Of a stretch of DNA of 64,000 nt, positions 28,854-41,505 are shown in pieces. The notes beneath the pieces are model-generated. The model was not told the DNA's origin, searched no databases, and saw only the letters and a list, made by a program, of their open reading frames with translations. How positions within the stretch are numbered: position 1 is the first letter of the stretch; each line of letters begins with the position of its first letter. This DNA is from Octopus sinensis (lineage: Eukaryota). The DNA lies in the NCBI RefSeq assembly GCF_006345805.1, contig NC_042998.1:114390001-114454000 (forward strand). The letters are read 5' to 3'. The translations under genes and the position numbers were made by a program.

Positions 28854-29606
28854 GATGATGATGATCATGATGATGCTTGTGCTAATGAAAATAATATTAG
28901 TAAGAAAAATAGTAATAAAATCTAGCAAAGGCTATACATAATAAATCTGAAACATCTACTTCCAATGGAGAAAAATATCTCAATAACATCGACTAACCAT
29001 TTATGTTACGATAAAACTCGTCTAAAATGTCGACTGGATATCCAATACATAAGATAGAACACGGCGTATAAAATGTTCAGTAGCAATGAGTGGACGAACT
29101 TGCTATAATATCGATGTTTGCGCAACTGACTTTAAGTTAAGTATATATAATCAAGTCTCTTCATTTAAATTTAAAAAAAAAGAAGACTTCACTTCTTTAT
29201 CTAAATTTAGAAAAAAAAAACTTCTCTACTGTAAGTAAATTCGTGTCAGTCTAAAGGAGAGGAATGTTAGGTATGATATTAAGTAGTCTATATGTAGTGT
29301 ACTACAGTATAATGGCGTGAAATTAAAATGTGGTATGCTTCGAGGAAACACTGCATTACATACATTTAAATGCGACATATTAGATGAAAGAAAGGAATTA
29401 ATGGTAAGATGTTCACACTTATTTAGAAGGACGTTTAAATCTTTCCATACTGAATGGACAACTGATTAGTGCTCCTTAATATAATAGGCTGAGCCTGCTA
29501 TTCAGCATAAAAGAGATATTATTTGGTTCATCAAAATCTTTTACTCAGCTTTCAAAATATTATTGCTATTGTACTTTCAGCCAGAAGAAGAAAAATAAGA
29601 AAAATA

Positions 29607-29661
<55 letters not shown>

Positions 29662-30140
29662 TTCTTCTTATTATTATTCTTATTATTATTACTATTATTA
29701 TCCTCATCAAATCTTGAAAATTTTCCATTAGTGTATTTTAAAAATATTTATCATTATTATTTTTACATTGCTTTTTAATTTATTTATTTTGCTTTTAATT
29801 TTACCTAATCGTAATTTATTTCTAATTTACTTTAATTTATTTTTTACCGCAGCTTATCTTAACCATATCAAAATTATTTTAAATATTTATTCCTTTAAGA
29901 AAAACATTTTAAATATATATTCCTTGAAGAAAAACAATTTCTTCTAAATAGATTAATTTTCTTTGTAATTCTCACTAACTAACCTGATTTTCAAGTCTAT
30001 ATTCAAAATTAATACTGATCATATAACATTCCATTAGAATTAAATATCATTTCTAATGAATAGCTTTACGCAGGCATCTTTTTTGAAGGGGTCACTATCA
30101 GTTTAAAAGCGGTAGAAATTTTGCCATACCATAACTTAAC

Positions 30141-30266
30141 CTGCTGGTACATACGCCTTGTACTAGCCACATGTTTGGTACTATATAACTTCCTTAAATT
30201 ATTCTGTATACCAACGAATGTGGTGAAACTTTGATAAGGATAAATTGGTGTTAAATTTCTCGATAT
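30141..30266 (-). CDS. Candidate internal exon (126 nt, phase 0-0), unidentified product
   Basis: tttgcag|ISRNLTPIYPYQSFTTFVGIQNNLRKLYSTKHVASTRRMYQQ|gttaag; part of ORF 30066..30284; no family recognised. Confidence 0.2.
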
Positions 30267-30639
30267 CTGCAAACTCTTAATCAATTAAATATTGATCAAT
30301 CAATATGCATGATTATTATATCGCACAATTGTATAATACGAGGGTATCAGAAAAAGTATAATTCTTTCGCATTTTCTACAATTTATATCGAATCTGTTTG
30401 GTGTATTAACTTCGGGTTTACAAAGTGGACAGGTAGCGTAATGTAAATTTAATGCGTACATGGACTACAATGCCCTTCACTAGTCAATTTAGTATACTAA
30501 GTTTCATCAATACAGAGTGCTTACAAAGTATTTGCCCGGATTATTTCATCCTTCTTTTTTATTTCTATACATATACATACAAACATATATAAATATATAC
30601 ATATATGCATTCATTCATACAAACGTATATACATACATA

Positions 30640-31290
30640 CACGGTGGTTGTCTACTCCTTATTCGGAATTTGACCACCCCTTGTACTTACATCTTAAATC
30701 TATCATGGTGTCTGATGTGGCTTTTTAAACCAGACGAGGTTTTGAAAAGATACCCATATAAATTGTATATCTGCTTTGGACCACCAAGAGCTGCAGTTAA
30801 GTTCTGATGTTTGCGGATCTTAAGATGTCTTTTCATGTCTTCGTTAGATTTGCAGACCTTACAGCATATACGGCATTGGACGATGTGCACAGATATACAG
30901 GCAGAGTGATTAGTGGAGGTTCGTTTTTCAAAGGTCCGCAAATGAGATTTAAGCCCAGCAAAAGAAAGGCATGGTCTGTCACAAACTGGGCACACAAAAT
31001 GATTTTGGGGATTAATTTTCTCCTTGATGGTAGCATTTTTCTTAAGTTTATTTTGAGTTTCGTATTGGTCATCCTGGTTTCTTCAAAAGCTTTCACTCCA
31101 CTCCACACGTTTGTTTGCCATCAAGGTCGATCTGAAGCAAGAGTTTCTATGGCCTTTGGATCTATTGCAAGTTCGTTATAAAACAACTGTTTTGGTGTGC
31201 GTTCATCTGACATTCGAACAATGTAGCCAGACCATCACATTTTTCAAGATCATTAATTTAAGTGATCTGATGCCTGCAGATCCAACGACA
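30640..31290 (-). mobile_element. 3' fragment of an RTE-clade LINE ending in three C2H2-type zinc-finger motifs
   Basis: WSGYIVRMSDERTPKQLFYNELA (RTE post-RT motif), WSGVKAFEETR, then CPVCDRPCLSFAGLKSHLR, CRICCKVCKSNEDMKRHLKI, and decayed YNLYGYLFKTSSGLKSHIRHH. Confidence 0.75.
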
Positions 31291-31305
31291 TGTGTCTTGA
31301 GGTAA

Positions 31306-31338
<33 letters not shown>

Positions 31339-31421
31339 CATACATAACAGAACACATATGCAGACGTGCAAGAAATATATATTTATGTTCACACGTACAC
31401 ACGCGCATTCACACACATATA

Positions 31422-32143
31422 CGAGGGGATACCCATAAGAAACAGGAATGTTGTAATATTTTATTCATTTAATTTTACATCTTTACACTTTTATCGCCTT
31501 CAAAATATTCTCCACTTGAAGCAATACATCGGTCCAGATGCGTTTTCCACTTTTCGAAGCAGTGGTGGAACTCTTGCGAAGTGATGCCTTTTAACGCTTC
31601 CGTCGTCTTTTCCTTCACCTCTTCCACATCTGCAGATTACGTAGCTCCAGGTCATCACCACTGATGACCTTCGAAAATATATCGGGATCAACTTCCAGCT
31701 GTTCTTTCAGTTCACGGCATGTATTCCGTCGCGAACGCTTTTGATCTTCCGTGAGCAAACGAAGTTGGTTTTCAAGTGAAAAGTGACCATTTCTAAAGCA
31801 TGGAAACCTCTCATAAACTTGTGCTGTGCTCATGGCAGCGTCCTAGTAAATCACTAGTAAATCCTAGTAAATGACAACTGTTTCGGACGCCGTTTTTATT
31901 CAACAGAAAATACAATTTCATTGAAGCACGCCGTTCCTTCGTTTCAGCCACTGAAAAATTTGACGAACAGGAGAGAAGGGTTGCAAAATAAAGACGCACC
32001 ACTTGGCAGTAGGATCACAGGAGACGACACCGGTCGGCAGACTGACTCCTGAAGATTGCATCAAGCAGATTCCAGCGACGGAAGTCTGAACTACAACGGC
32101 TTTGTCCCATACAACGTTTCCGGTTATTTTTCGGTAACCATTC

Positions 32144-32144
<1 letters not shown>
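31422..32144 (-). mobile_element. Internally deleted mariner-family DNA transposon
   Basis: Degenerate TIRs (CGAGGGGATACCCATAAGAAACAGGAA vs revcomp of right end CGAATGGTTACCGAAAAATAACCGGAA) flanked by TA; transposase remnants AQVYERF..FRNG, RLLTEDQKRSR..C..L....DPDIFSKVISGD, EFHHCFEKWKTHLDRCIASSGEYFEG. Confidence 0.88.
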
Positions 32145-32179
<35 letters not shown>

Positions 32180-32243
32180 TCACACACGTACATATATGAA
32201 TGTATGTACTTATGTATGCATGCATATATATACGTATATATAT

Positions 32244-32336
<93 letters not shown>

Positions 32337-32337
32337 G

Positions 32338-32369
<32 letters not shown>

Positions 32370-32395
32370 TATATACGTATATATATATTATATAT

Positions 32396-32438
<43 letters not shown>

Positions 32439-32856
32439 CATATATATATATATATATACACACATACAAAATGGGACAAGAACGCAAAACATTCAAATAG
32501 ACGATAGAAAAAACACGGCCGGGTCATTCGAAGCCTCTAATCTTCAGTCAAGAACCGGATCATCCTCGCAATTTCGGCTGATTAATCTTGAGATTGCTCC
32601 GATCTGGCCAGCCTCAAGGAAAAACTAAGCCACGAGCATTAGATTTCTTGGAAAAAGGATCGAATGTATACGAAACAAGGACAGAAAAACGAACGATGTT
32701 ACACACGAATATAAATACAGAAAACAAAAAAATAATACGAATATAAATACAAAAAAACAATAATAATAATAATAACAAGACATAACAACCGGCGTCTTTC
32801 GACTCAGACGAATTGCACTCATATATATACATGCATATATATGAATACATATATTT

Positions 32857-32900
<44 letters not shown>

Positions 32901-32944
32901 GTTCATATAAATATATAAATGTATATATATATCAGTGCGCATAT

Positions 32945-33275
32945 ATATGGCTCAGTGCTTAGAGCGTCGAGCTTACGATCTTGAATTTGTGAGCTCGAAT
33001 CCCGGACTGAGCTGCTTGTGTTATTCTTGACCAAGACACTTTATTTCACGTTGCACCAGTTTACTCAACTGTAGAAATGAGTTGCGACGTCACAGGTGCC
33101 AAGCTGTATCGGCCTTTGCCTTTCCCTTGGATAACACTGGTGGCGTGGAGAGGGGAGGCCGGTATCCATGGGCGACTGCTGGTCTTCCATAAACAACCTT
33201 GCTAGGACTTGTGCCTGGGAGGGTAACTTTCTAGGTGCAATCCCATGGCCAGTGTCGTGACCGAGGGGGTCTCAG
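32945..33275 (+). mobile_element. tRNA-derived SINE family C, near full length; 3' part of another copy at 34225-34435
   Basis: A-box tggctcagtgc, B-box gctcgaatcc, central ttgaccaagacactttatttcacgttgc...ctgtagaaatgagttgcgacgtcac; the downstream about 210 bp recur at 34225-34435. Confidence 0.85.
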
Positions 33276-33316
33276 GTATATATGTATATATATATTATTT
33301 CAAAACAGCAGAAATT

Positions 33317-33359
<43 letters not shown>

Positions 33360-33364
<5 letters not shown>

Positions 33365-34170
33365 ATATTGGCAGGGCAATATATGTGTATATTGACAGGG
33401 ACGCCAAATTTGGTTCTGGTGTTCGCTGAATTTTTCCTCTAGAGAACTTTATTTGTAGTTTGATCGTTGATGATCTATTTCTAGCATACGGCCGACTACC
33501 TAGCAGTCTTGCCCTGCCAATATACACATATATTAGAATTTTCTCTGATTTCTCAGATTTGTTTGTATGCTAGACTACTGGTTTTAAATTGATATTAAAA
33601 TTAATATTAATTTATCTCCGTCATTATTTAAATATTGAAATAAATACGTTCTCTAGTAGCAAGCACTAACCGCAGTGAATTATTTACTGCAGTTCTTCGC
33701 TTCATGAATTTTTTAGCGCACCGGAACTAAGACATTTGAAATTTTATCCCTAATGTAATCAGTAAAACTAAGTACGTGTCTCTCTCGGCACAGAAAGCTG
33801 GGGTTAGTTTTCAAATTGCATTTACACTGAACGATTGTACTGATGAGGCCACGGACATTTGAATTATGTAAGTAATTCTTATGTTAAAGGCCGAAACCGA
33901 GGTATGCAATTGATTGTGTTTTTTATATAAATTTTCATCTGTCCTGCCCGCAAAATTTGGTTCTGGTGTTCGCTGAATTTTTCCTCTAGGGAACTTTATT
34001 TGTAGTTTGATCGTTGATGATCTATTTCTAGCATACGGCCGACTACCTAGCAGTCTTGCCCTGCCAATATACACATATATTAAGAATTTTCTCTGATTTC
34101 TCAGATTTTTTGTATGCTAGACTTCTGGTTTCAAATTGGTATTAAAATTAATATTAATTTATCTCCCTCA

Positions 34171-34180
<10 letters not shown>
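33360..34180 (+). mobile_element. Non-autonomous Penelope-like or retrozyme-like element: partial tandem duplication with inverted 5' piece, in (TA)n
   Basis: 225-bp direct repeats 33406-33630 and 33953-34177 (period 547); 20-bp perfect inverted repeat 33360-33379 / 33509-33528; internal hammerhead; (TA)n on both sides. Confidence 0.65.
33832..33912 (+). ncRNA. Type I hammerhead ribozyme with minimal helix III
   Basis: Stem I cgattgta/tgcaattg; core CTGATGA 33840-33846; stem II ggcc/ggcc with extended hairpin; GAAA 33893-33896; helix III ACC-GA-GGT; cleavage triplet GTA (cut after 33904). Confidence 0.8.
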
Positions 34181-34230
<50 letters not shown>

Positions 34231-35769
34231 TGTAGAAATGAGTTGCGACGTCACTGGTGCCAAGCTGTATCGACCTTTGTCTTTCCCTTGGATAACACTG
34301 GTGGCGTGGAGAGGGGAGGCTGGTATGCATGGGCGACTGCTGGTCTTCCATAAACAACCTTGCCCGGACTTGTGTCTAGGAGGGTAACTTTCTAGGTGCA
34401 ATCCCATGGTCATTCATGACCGAAGGGGGTCTTTACCCTTTATATATATGTATATACCAACACACATAGCAGCCACATACACAAACTCGTGCATAGCAAA
34501 TATACAAATCTTAAGCGCTAGTAATACAAATCTTATTCTTTGGTGTCTATTGTAAAAACTGAGTATGAAACCATATGTTCTTATGGAGACATATGTGAGA
34601 CACACACACACACAAATATGTATATATATACATATGGAGACAAATGTGATATATATATACACACACGCACACATATCTGTGTTTGTGCGCGCTCGTGAAT
34701 GCACGCGTGTATACAGGGTTATATCGATATTAATATGTGCGGTTATGCATTACATTCCAATTTTATTCTTTGATATTTTGTTACCTTTTTTATAATATTA
34801 TTTTCATCTCACTCTTTATCCCTCTCGTTCTCTCTGTGAAAGAGATTAAGCGGTGATATGGTGAATAAAAGTGATACAATTTTCTCAGTTTTTTTCTTTT
34901 TACTCACCTATATATTCTTGGCAAATACTTTCTATTTTGTTTTATTTCCACTTCTCTTACGTTTGAGCTTTTCCTTATTTTGTGTTTTGTTATGGAGCAA
35001 ATTTTGTCTGTGGTATCGTAATTTGTTTTGCACGTTTTTTGCTAGTTTTTGTGTGTTTTTTTCTTCTTGTTACTTCCGGCTGTGGCTGAGTAGCTGAGAT
35101 GCATGGATCAATAACACTAACATGATCATTGTGGGACACTCCTGATTCTTCCGTATATCAAATTACCCATGTCGACCAGCAACACCCAATAAAGTGGTGA
35201 CGTTCTCAGATTGCAAATGATGAGATGATTAATAAAACTTAGAAAACAAAAAGATTAAGAAGATAGAGAAAAATACAAATCAAGGAAAATATGTTAACAA
35301 TCAGAAAAATTGCATGAAAAATAGAAAGACAAAGAGAACCAAAAAAGAAAAAAGGAGCGAGAAGAAAAGAAATGTGTTTATCTTTTCGCCTCTTGAATAT
35401 GGAAATACATACTATTGAGATAGTGGTATGATAATGATGGAAATATTTGAGCTAGTGAGAGAGCTATTATATGATCGTTCGACCTGTCTGAAATACTGGT
35501 TTAATCACTCTCAAATCACACCCTATCGCCTTTAAAAATAGGGAAATAAATGTTTGCGATTTCGTTTTAGATGATCTATGGCGGAAATGACGACGGTGGT
35601 CGATTGGCAGAATGGTTAGTGCGTCAGATAAATGTCAACGATAGTTTAATTTCAAGCCAAGGAGATCGTCTGCTAAATACAGCAGTGAAATTTCCTTCAA
35701 AGCAAATACTGCAAACTTAACGTACTAGAAACAACAGCGACATCTCTTTCGCATCAAATATCCTTGGTA

Positions 35770-36230
35770 CAGTTGTGCTGTAGTGGTGGCAGAGCATTAC
35801 TAGTGCGTGTCAAACTATTCAGTACCGGAAGTGCCGACAGCCGAAAGTGTGCGAGATGCGTGCAAGGGCCTGACGTCTTCCTCTACGCCATCTTTCACTG
35901 TATTTGCATTAGCAGTTTGTGAGCCTGCATTGAATAACTACTTTCATGTTTAGGACAAATCTGGCTGGACACTGAGTCTATAATGAAGATGATGCGCCAC
36001 TTTGCTTTGGCAGGAAAAATCGGCAAATCTTTCGCTGCTTATTGGTTATGGCGAAAGACTTTGTATGGCAGACTCACCTGAAAGGTTTGATGCGAGGAAT
36101 CTCTTCAGAAACCATTAGAAGAGGAAGGTGAGGTTAACGAATGCAATCTGCCATCGAGGGTATTTTTCGAAAAGAGAATTCGAATGGGAAAAATGTTGAC
36201 TAAACGGGCCTATTCTGATCATACATTTCT
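35770..36230 (+). mobile_element. Decayed 3' fragment of an L1/Tx1-clade LINE (zf-RVT region)
   Basis: VRVKLF....DSRKCARCVQG......AIFHC, paralogous to the 37660-37800 region. Confidence 0.6.
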
Positions 36231-36524
36231 AAGTAAGAGAAAAGAAATTGGGAGAGTGCACTTTAGATGACTGCTGGATTTCCTAAAATTACACTAGTTA
36301 GATTGATCACGGTTGAGGAATATTTGGAAGACAACGTCTATATCGTTCGTTATGTATTCATTAATGTTGGTTTCTTTTGATCGCTGTAAACACCACCTTT
36401 TACATCATACCGCATTTGCAGTAATTCATCCTTTGATATTACTCACAATGTTTCGGACGCCTGTGGTCAATAAAAGTAACCATCATAATCATTGTTATTA
36501 TTGTTGTTGTTAGCTGGTAGAATC

Positions 36525-38124
36525 AAAGAGCCTGGCATGAGTGGAGCCCTAATCAATTTGGAGGCTGTTCTTACGGAGACTGGCTTCGGTCCCGTTTTCA
36601 GAGGCTGAAACGCTGCAATGTACAGCGACATCTGTTCGGTGGTCAAAGTAAATGGCCACCTGTCGGAATCGTTTAGCATCGCCCGTTCAGTCCGTCAAAG
36701 ATACCCACTTTCACCTCTTCTCTACATACTGGCACTCAAGCCATTACTGCAGAAGCTGGGTGTTTCGAGGGGCATCTCGTGTTAGCTAGGATGCAGAAGA
36801 GATGTGTCGGCGTATGCGGACGATGTCACCAAGATAGTGTCGGATGTCTCTGAAATAGAAATGGTCGGCATTACCTTAAGGTAATACGAAGCGGTGACAG
36901 GTGCAATGATTAACCTGGAGATATCAGTGACCCTGCAGCTGGGCACCTGGAGAGGCAGGTTCGACAGGGTTGTGGGGCGCTGGACGGAAGGACCGGTTAA
37001 GTTGCTGGGGACCTGGTTTGGTCCGAACCTCCAAGTGGACAAGGACTGGGGAGAGGTGACAGACAGGATGTCCAGTCTCACCTAGAAGTGAGCTGAAAGG
37101 TCGGTGGAGGTGGCGAATGCATACATCGCATCCACCATATACTACCGCCCGACTGTCTTCACTTACCCCACGTCGTGGCTAAACAGGCTGGTGCACTTGC
37201 TCTTCAGCTTCTTATGGAAGGGAAGGGTGCCGCTTGTCAAATGATCCATTTGTTGTCAGCACCCGTTGCGTGGAGGACTGGACATGCCGTGGGTGATGAT
37301 GCGCCGACATGCGCTTAGGCTGCGACATCTCCAGCGATACCTTGGCGGTGAGCAAGTGTGGTCGCCGTTTGTTAGACATCAGCAGCAGCAACAACAACGG
37401 AGCTCGTCTCCTTAATGGAGCTAAAGTCTTGGATCAGGCGTAGATCGAGAAAAGGCGCTGGGCACCTAGAGTGTCTCCAAGGGCTCACAGCCCTCGTCCG
37501 GTTGGACAATACGGTCGGTGGAAGTTCTGTAGGGGATTAGTGGAGGGCAACAGCGACAACGATCTCAGAGAGTCTCTGGGCGTTGAATGAGATCAACTGG
37601 CTGGTTTCTTCCGGAGTACTTTCGGGTCGGGACCTATGGATAATTTCCAGAAATCTCTGGCCTGGCAGTGCTACCGGTTGGCACTGCCGGTTCGTGATAA
37701 ACTCTATAGGCACGGATATGCAGACAGACGGTCCTGTCCGAGGTGCATGCGGAGCAAGGAAACCGTTCTGCATGCATTAGTACAGTATCCACTCATTGCG
37801 GACTTGTGGAGCTTCGTCGAACAGTTATTGCCATGTGTAGGACGGATCTGGCTATCATCCGAGTCCATCGTAAAGATTGCCCTGACTCCTTCCTTTGGAC
37901 GGGATCTCCCACCTATTGGAGAACTATATATTGTTAGGTAATTTTCCTTGTTAATTGTTGTCTTTTGCTGTTTACACATATAACCTCCCCTGTTGGAGAA
38001 TTATATATTGTTGGGTAATTCTCCTTGTTAAATGTGTTTTGCTGTTTACATGTATAACCTCACTGTCCCACGTCTGTGTATTGTCCATTATGTTTTGTGT
38101 TCGGTTGTTTTAATCATTAAAGAA

Positions 38125-38125
<1 letters not shown>
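36525..38125 (+). mobile_element. 5'-truncated L1/Tx1-clade LINE (RT C-half, zf-RVT, 3' UTR with an about 75-bp tandem duplication)
   Basis: VKVNGHLSESFSIARSVRQRYPLSPLLYILAL, SAYADDVT, YEAVTGAMINLE, PVRDKLYRHG..DRRSCPRC...ETVLHALVQ. Confidence 0.88.
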
Positions 38126-38197
<72 letters not shown>

Positions 38198-38199
<2 letters not shown>

Positions 38200-39177
38200 T
38201 AGTTTTACTTTTATAACGTGCTGTCATTTCATTACCGAGCGCAGCTCTGTATGCCTTCGGTATGTGCTGTGGTTTGCTTTGATGCTCATACGGTTACTGA
38301 ATTGAAAGTGTTTTGCGTAGGATGTGTGCAGTGCACAGTAGTGAAATTTTCTGTATGTTATATATACTTGTGAGTCCTGACGTTTTTATTATGTATTTGT
38401 TTGAATATCTTTTTATCATACCTAATGCGCCCACTATGATATAAATTGTTTGTTTTTAGATTCCACATTCGAGTTATCTCTATTTCCAGGTCTTTGAATT
38501 TTGTTTCTCCGTTTCTTTTAGAGAAACATTGCCATCTGCTGGTATTGGTACATCAATTAGAAAGCATTTTTTCTTCATGATCTCTGACAAATATATCTGG
38601 CTTATTGACTTCAATTTCTCTATCTGTGTGTATTGGCATTTCCCATAGTATGGTTGCTTTGTCGTTTTCTGTGACCTTTTCTGGTGTGTGCTTATATCAT
38701 CTTTTTTTCTGTTGTTATTCCATAATGTTGGTATAGCTTCCAGTGTATGTAGGTCCTATCTCTGTCGTGTCTGTGAATATACCCCTTCTTAGCCAAGACT
38801 GGGCAACCAGAGATAATATGATTTATTATTTCTTGTCCATCTTCATATATTCTGCAGTAACTTGTTATGTTTCTTTTCATTATATGTTTTTGGTAATTTC
38901 TTGTGGGGAGGCTTTAGTCTTGCGCTGCAATTAAAAATCCTCCAGTCTTTGCTTTGAGTCCTGATCTTCTCAACCATTGCTGTGATTTTTCCCTGTCTAT
39001 TTCTTTTGCGTTTAGTTTAGCCCAGTATTTGCCATGTAAGGGCTTTTCTTTCCATCGTTTTATCAAGGTCCGTTGCTGTTCTAGTTTTAGTTTTGATTTT
39101 ATTTGTTTCATAACTTCTTCTTGTTCTTATTCTTGCTCTTGTTCTTCTTGTTCTTGTTCTTGTTCTTGTTCAAGTTC

Positions 39178-39212
<35 letters not shown>

Positions 39213-41297
39213 CTTCTTCTTCTTCTTCTTCTTCTTCTTCTTCTTCTTCTTCTTCTTCTTCTTCTTCTTCTTCTTCTTGTTTTCAAGATTGCTTTGGAAC
39301 ATTTTTCTAAGCCAAATTTCATATTTATTTTTTTGGTAAATCCATGTACTGTCTGTAGTAGTGTTTCCAGCTGTTTATCATTTGTAGCGTATAGTTTTAG
39401 GTCATCCATATATAAGAGGTTGCTTATTGTTTTACCGTAACATTTGTATCCGCATCCAGTTCTGTTTGGCATGTCAGATAAATGTGTCGGTGCCAAGCAG
39501 AAAAGGAGTGAAGAGAGCGTGTCTCCTTGGATATTTCTCTTCTAATGGGGATGGCTTTAGTTTTCACGTGTCCCTCTTTTGTTTGGAGCTGTAGCCCTGT
39601 CTGCCATTTATTCATAGAGTGTCCTATGTATTTTTTAATTGTTGGTGCTACCTTGCTAATGGCTAATGTTTCGAGGATCCACGTGTGGGGAATGCTATCA
39701 AACACCTTTCGGTAGTCGATCCAGGCCATACTGAGACCTTTCTTCCTTCTGCAGCTGTCTTCAGTTATGGCTTTATTGATCATTAGTTGATCTTTACAGC
39801 CATATGAGCTTTTGCAGCATCCTTTCTGCTCTTCTGGGAACATGTTGTTTTCCTCCAGGTGCTTGTTCAATCTTTGCGATTAGTAAAGGCTTTGTACATT
39901 GTAGTTTTGTGGTTTAGTTGTTTCATTGGATTTGGGAATTAAGACGGTTTTCCCTTTCGTGGGCCATTCAGGCATTGTCTCTGGCTCTGCCAGTATGTCG
40001 TTAAAGTTTTCAGCCAGCTTTTTGTGCATTCCTGTCAGATATTTCAATCAGTTGCTTAGTCTTTGCAGTGCCTGAGTGACCTCTTCAGTTGCTTTGGGGT
40101 TCCAGATTTGCTCAGGTGCTAAGTTTGCTGTTTTAATAGTCCTTTTCTGTAGTTGTTCATTCGCCGACCATATTTCTTTCCAGAATTCTTTCACTTCTTC
40201 TGCCGTTGGTGCTGTAGTGATGTCTACCAGTCGATCCTTTGTGCTTTTGCAAGGATATTTTGCTTTAGCTTTTCTTTTATCTCAGGTAAATGTTTTTCTG
40301 CGATGTATTTGCACAACATTTTTGTTTTCTTTTTGTTGCTTAGTAGCGTTGATTGTCTACTAATTTCACGAAAAATCGAAAGATCATTTTCATTTTTTGT
40401 ATGTTTTTTTTTGGCTGTTATCCGCAGTGTTTATTTGGGTGGTGGTACTCCTGTTTGGATGGGTTTGAGGGAGTATCCAGCTTCTTTTGTTGTGGTAGTG
40501 GCTGCTGCATATACTATGTCATTTAGCTCAGTGACATTGCTATTTGTTTCAGTGGCTATTAGTTCCGTGACGGCCAGGTTTATGCTATTTATTATTGATG
40601 TTGTTTTGTTGTCTATTTTGATTTTTGGGGGGTATGGTCGGTGGTCCATTCTGAAATCTGTGGTTTTCAGTTCTTTGATTATTCTAGTTTTTATAGTATC
40701 ATAATCATTAGTTTCCCTTCGTTGTTTCCAGGTTTTAGATTTGTTTAGCTTTCTTTCTCATTCATATGTTTGTTTGTGGTGTTTTGGATTGGTGCTTTTT
40801 GTACATTATTATGCATCCCTACGGTCTGGGTTTGTTGCTTTTTGTTTACTTCGTTTTTGTTGGAAATGTTACGTTTGTCTTCGTGTTTTACTATCTCAGT
40901 GTTTATAATATTTGGTATTGTGGCTTCTATCTACATTTTCCTGATGTATTTTTTCTTTTAAATATTCTATTTTTATTTCCGATATTTTTTGCGTTGAGAA
41001 TATATCTTCGTATGTTAGCTAGTTTATTAGGGTTCATTGTTGTATCCAAGTCTTTATTTAGGTTATTTTTCTTCCATATTTTATATGTATATGCTGTTTT
41101 GTTTTCAATTTTTGGGTAGAGCACTGCTGTAAGGTAAGCGTGTAGGATTGAAATATATCCCTCACGTGTCCATTTATGCCTTTTTGGTTTTATTTGCGGA
41201 ACACGAGGAACAACGTCCGGCCCTTTATTTTGACGGTCGTCATTTTCGTAGGTTACCGGTCCGTTCATTTCTGTTGTCACATTGTTTTGCACGTGTA

Positions 41298-41298
<1 letters not shown>
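38198..41298 (-). mobile_element. R4/Dong-clade retrotransposon, near full length with internal deletion, flanked by (AAT)n on its sense strand
   Basis: KWTREGYISILHAYL N-terminus; [46 protein letters not shown]; RWKEKPLHGKYW, LIAAQD, IINHIISGCPVLAKKGYIHRHD; ...TAHILRKTLSIQ* then UTR; TTA tracts 38126-38197 and 41299-41505. Confidence 0.92.
39110..39280. repeat. Compound (CTT)n/(GTT)n microsatellite interrupting the Dong element
   Basis: Direct inspection; joins the end of RT to the pre-CCHC region. Confidence 0.9.
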
Positions 41299-41365
<67 letters not shown>

Positions 41366-41379
41366 CATTATTATTATTA

Positions 41380-41505
<126 letters not shown>

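Noticed and set aside
30337-30365. tacgagggtatcagaaaaag, mariner-like TIR start
   Set aside because: No matching right TIR or transposase remnant found.
32500-32620. CTGAAGA and GAAA on the minus strand suggesting a hammerhead
   Set aside because: Motif order and stems I and III do not close; no NUH site positioned correctly.
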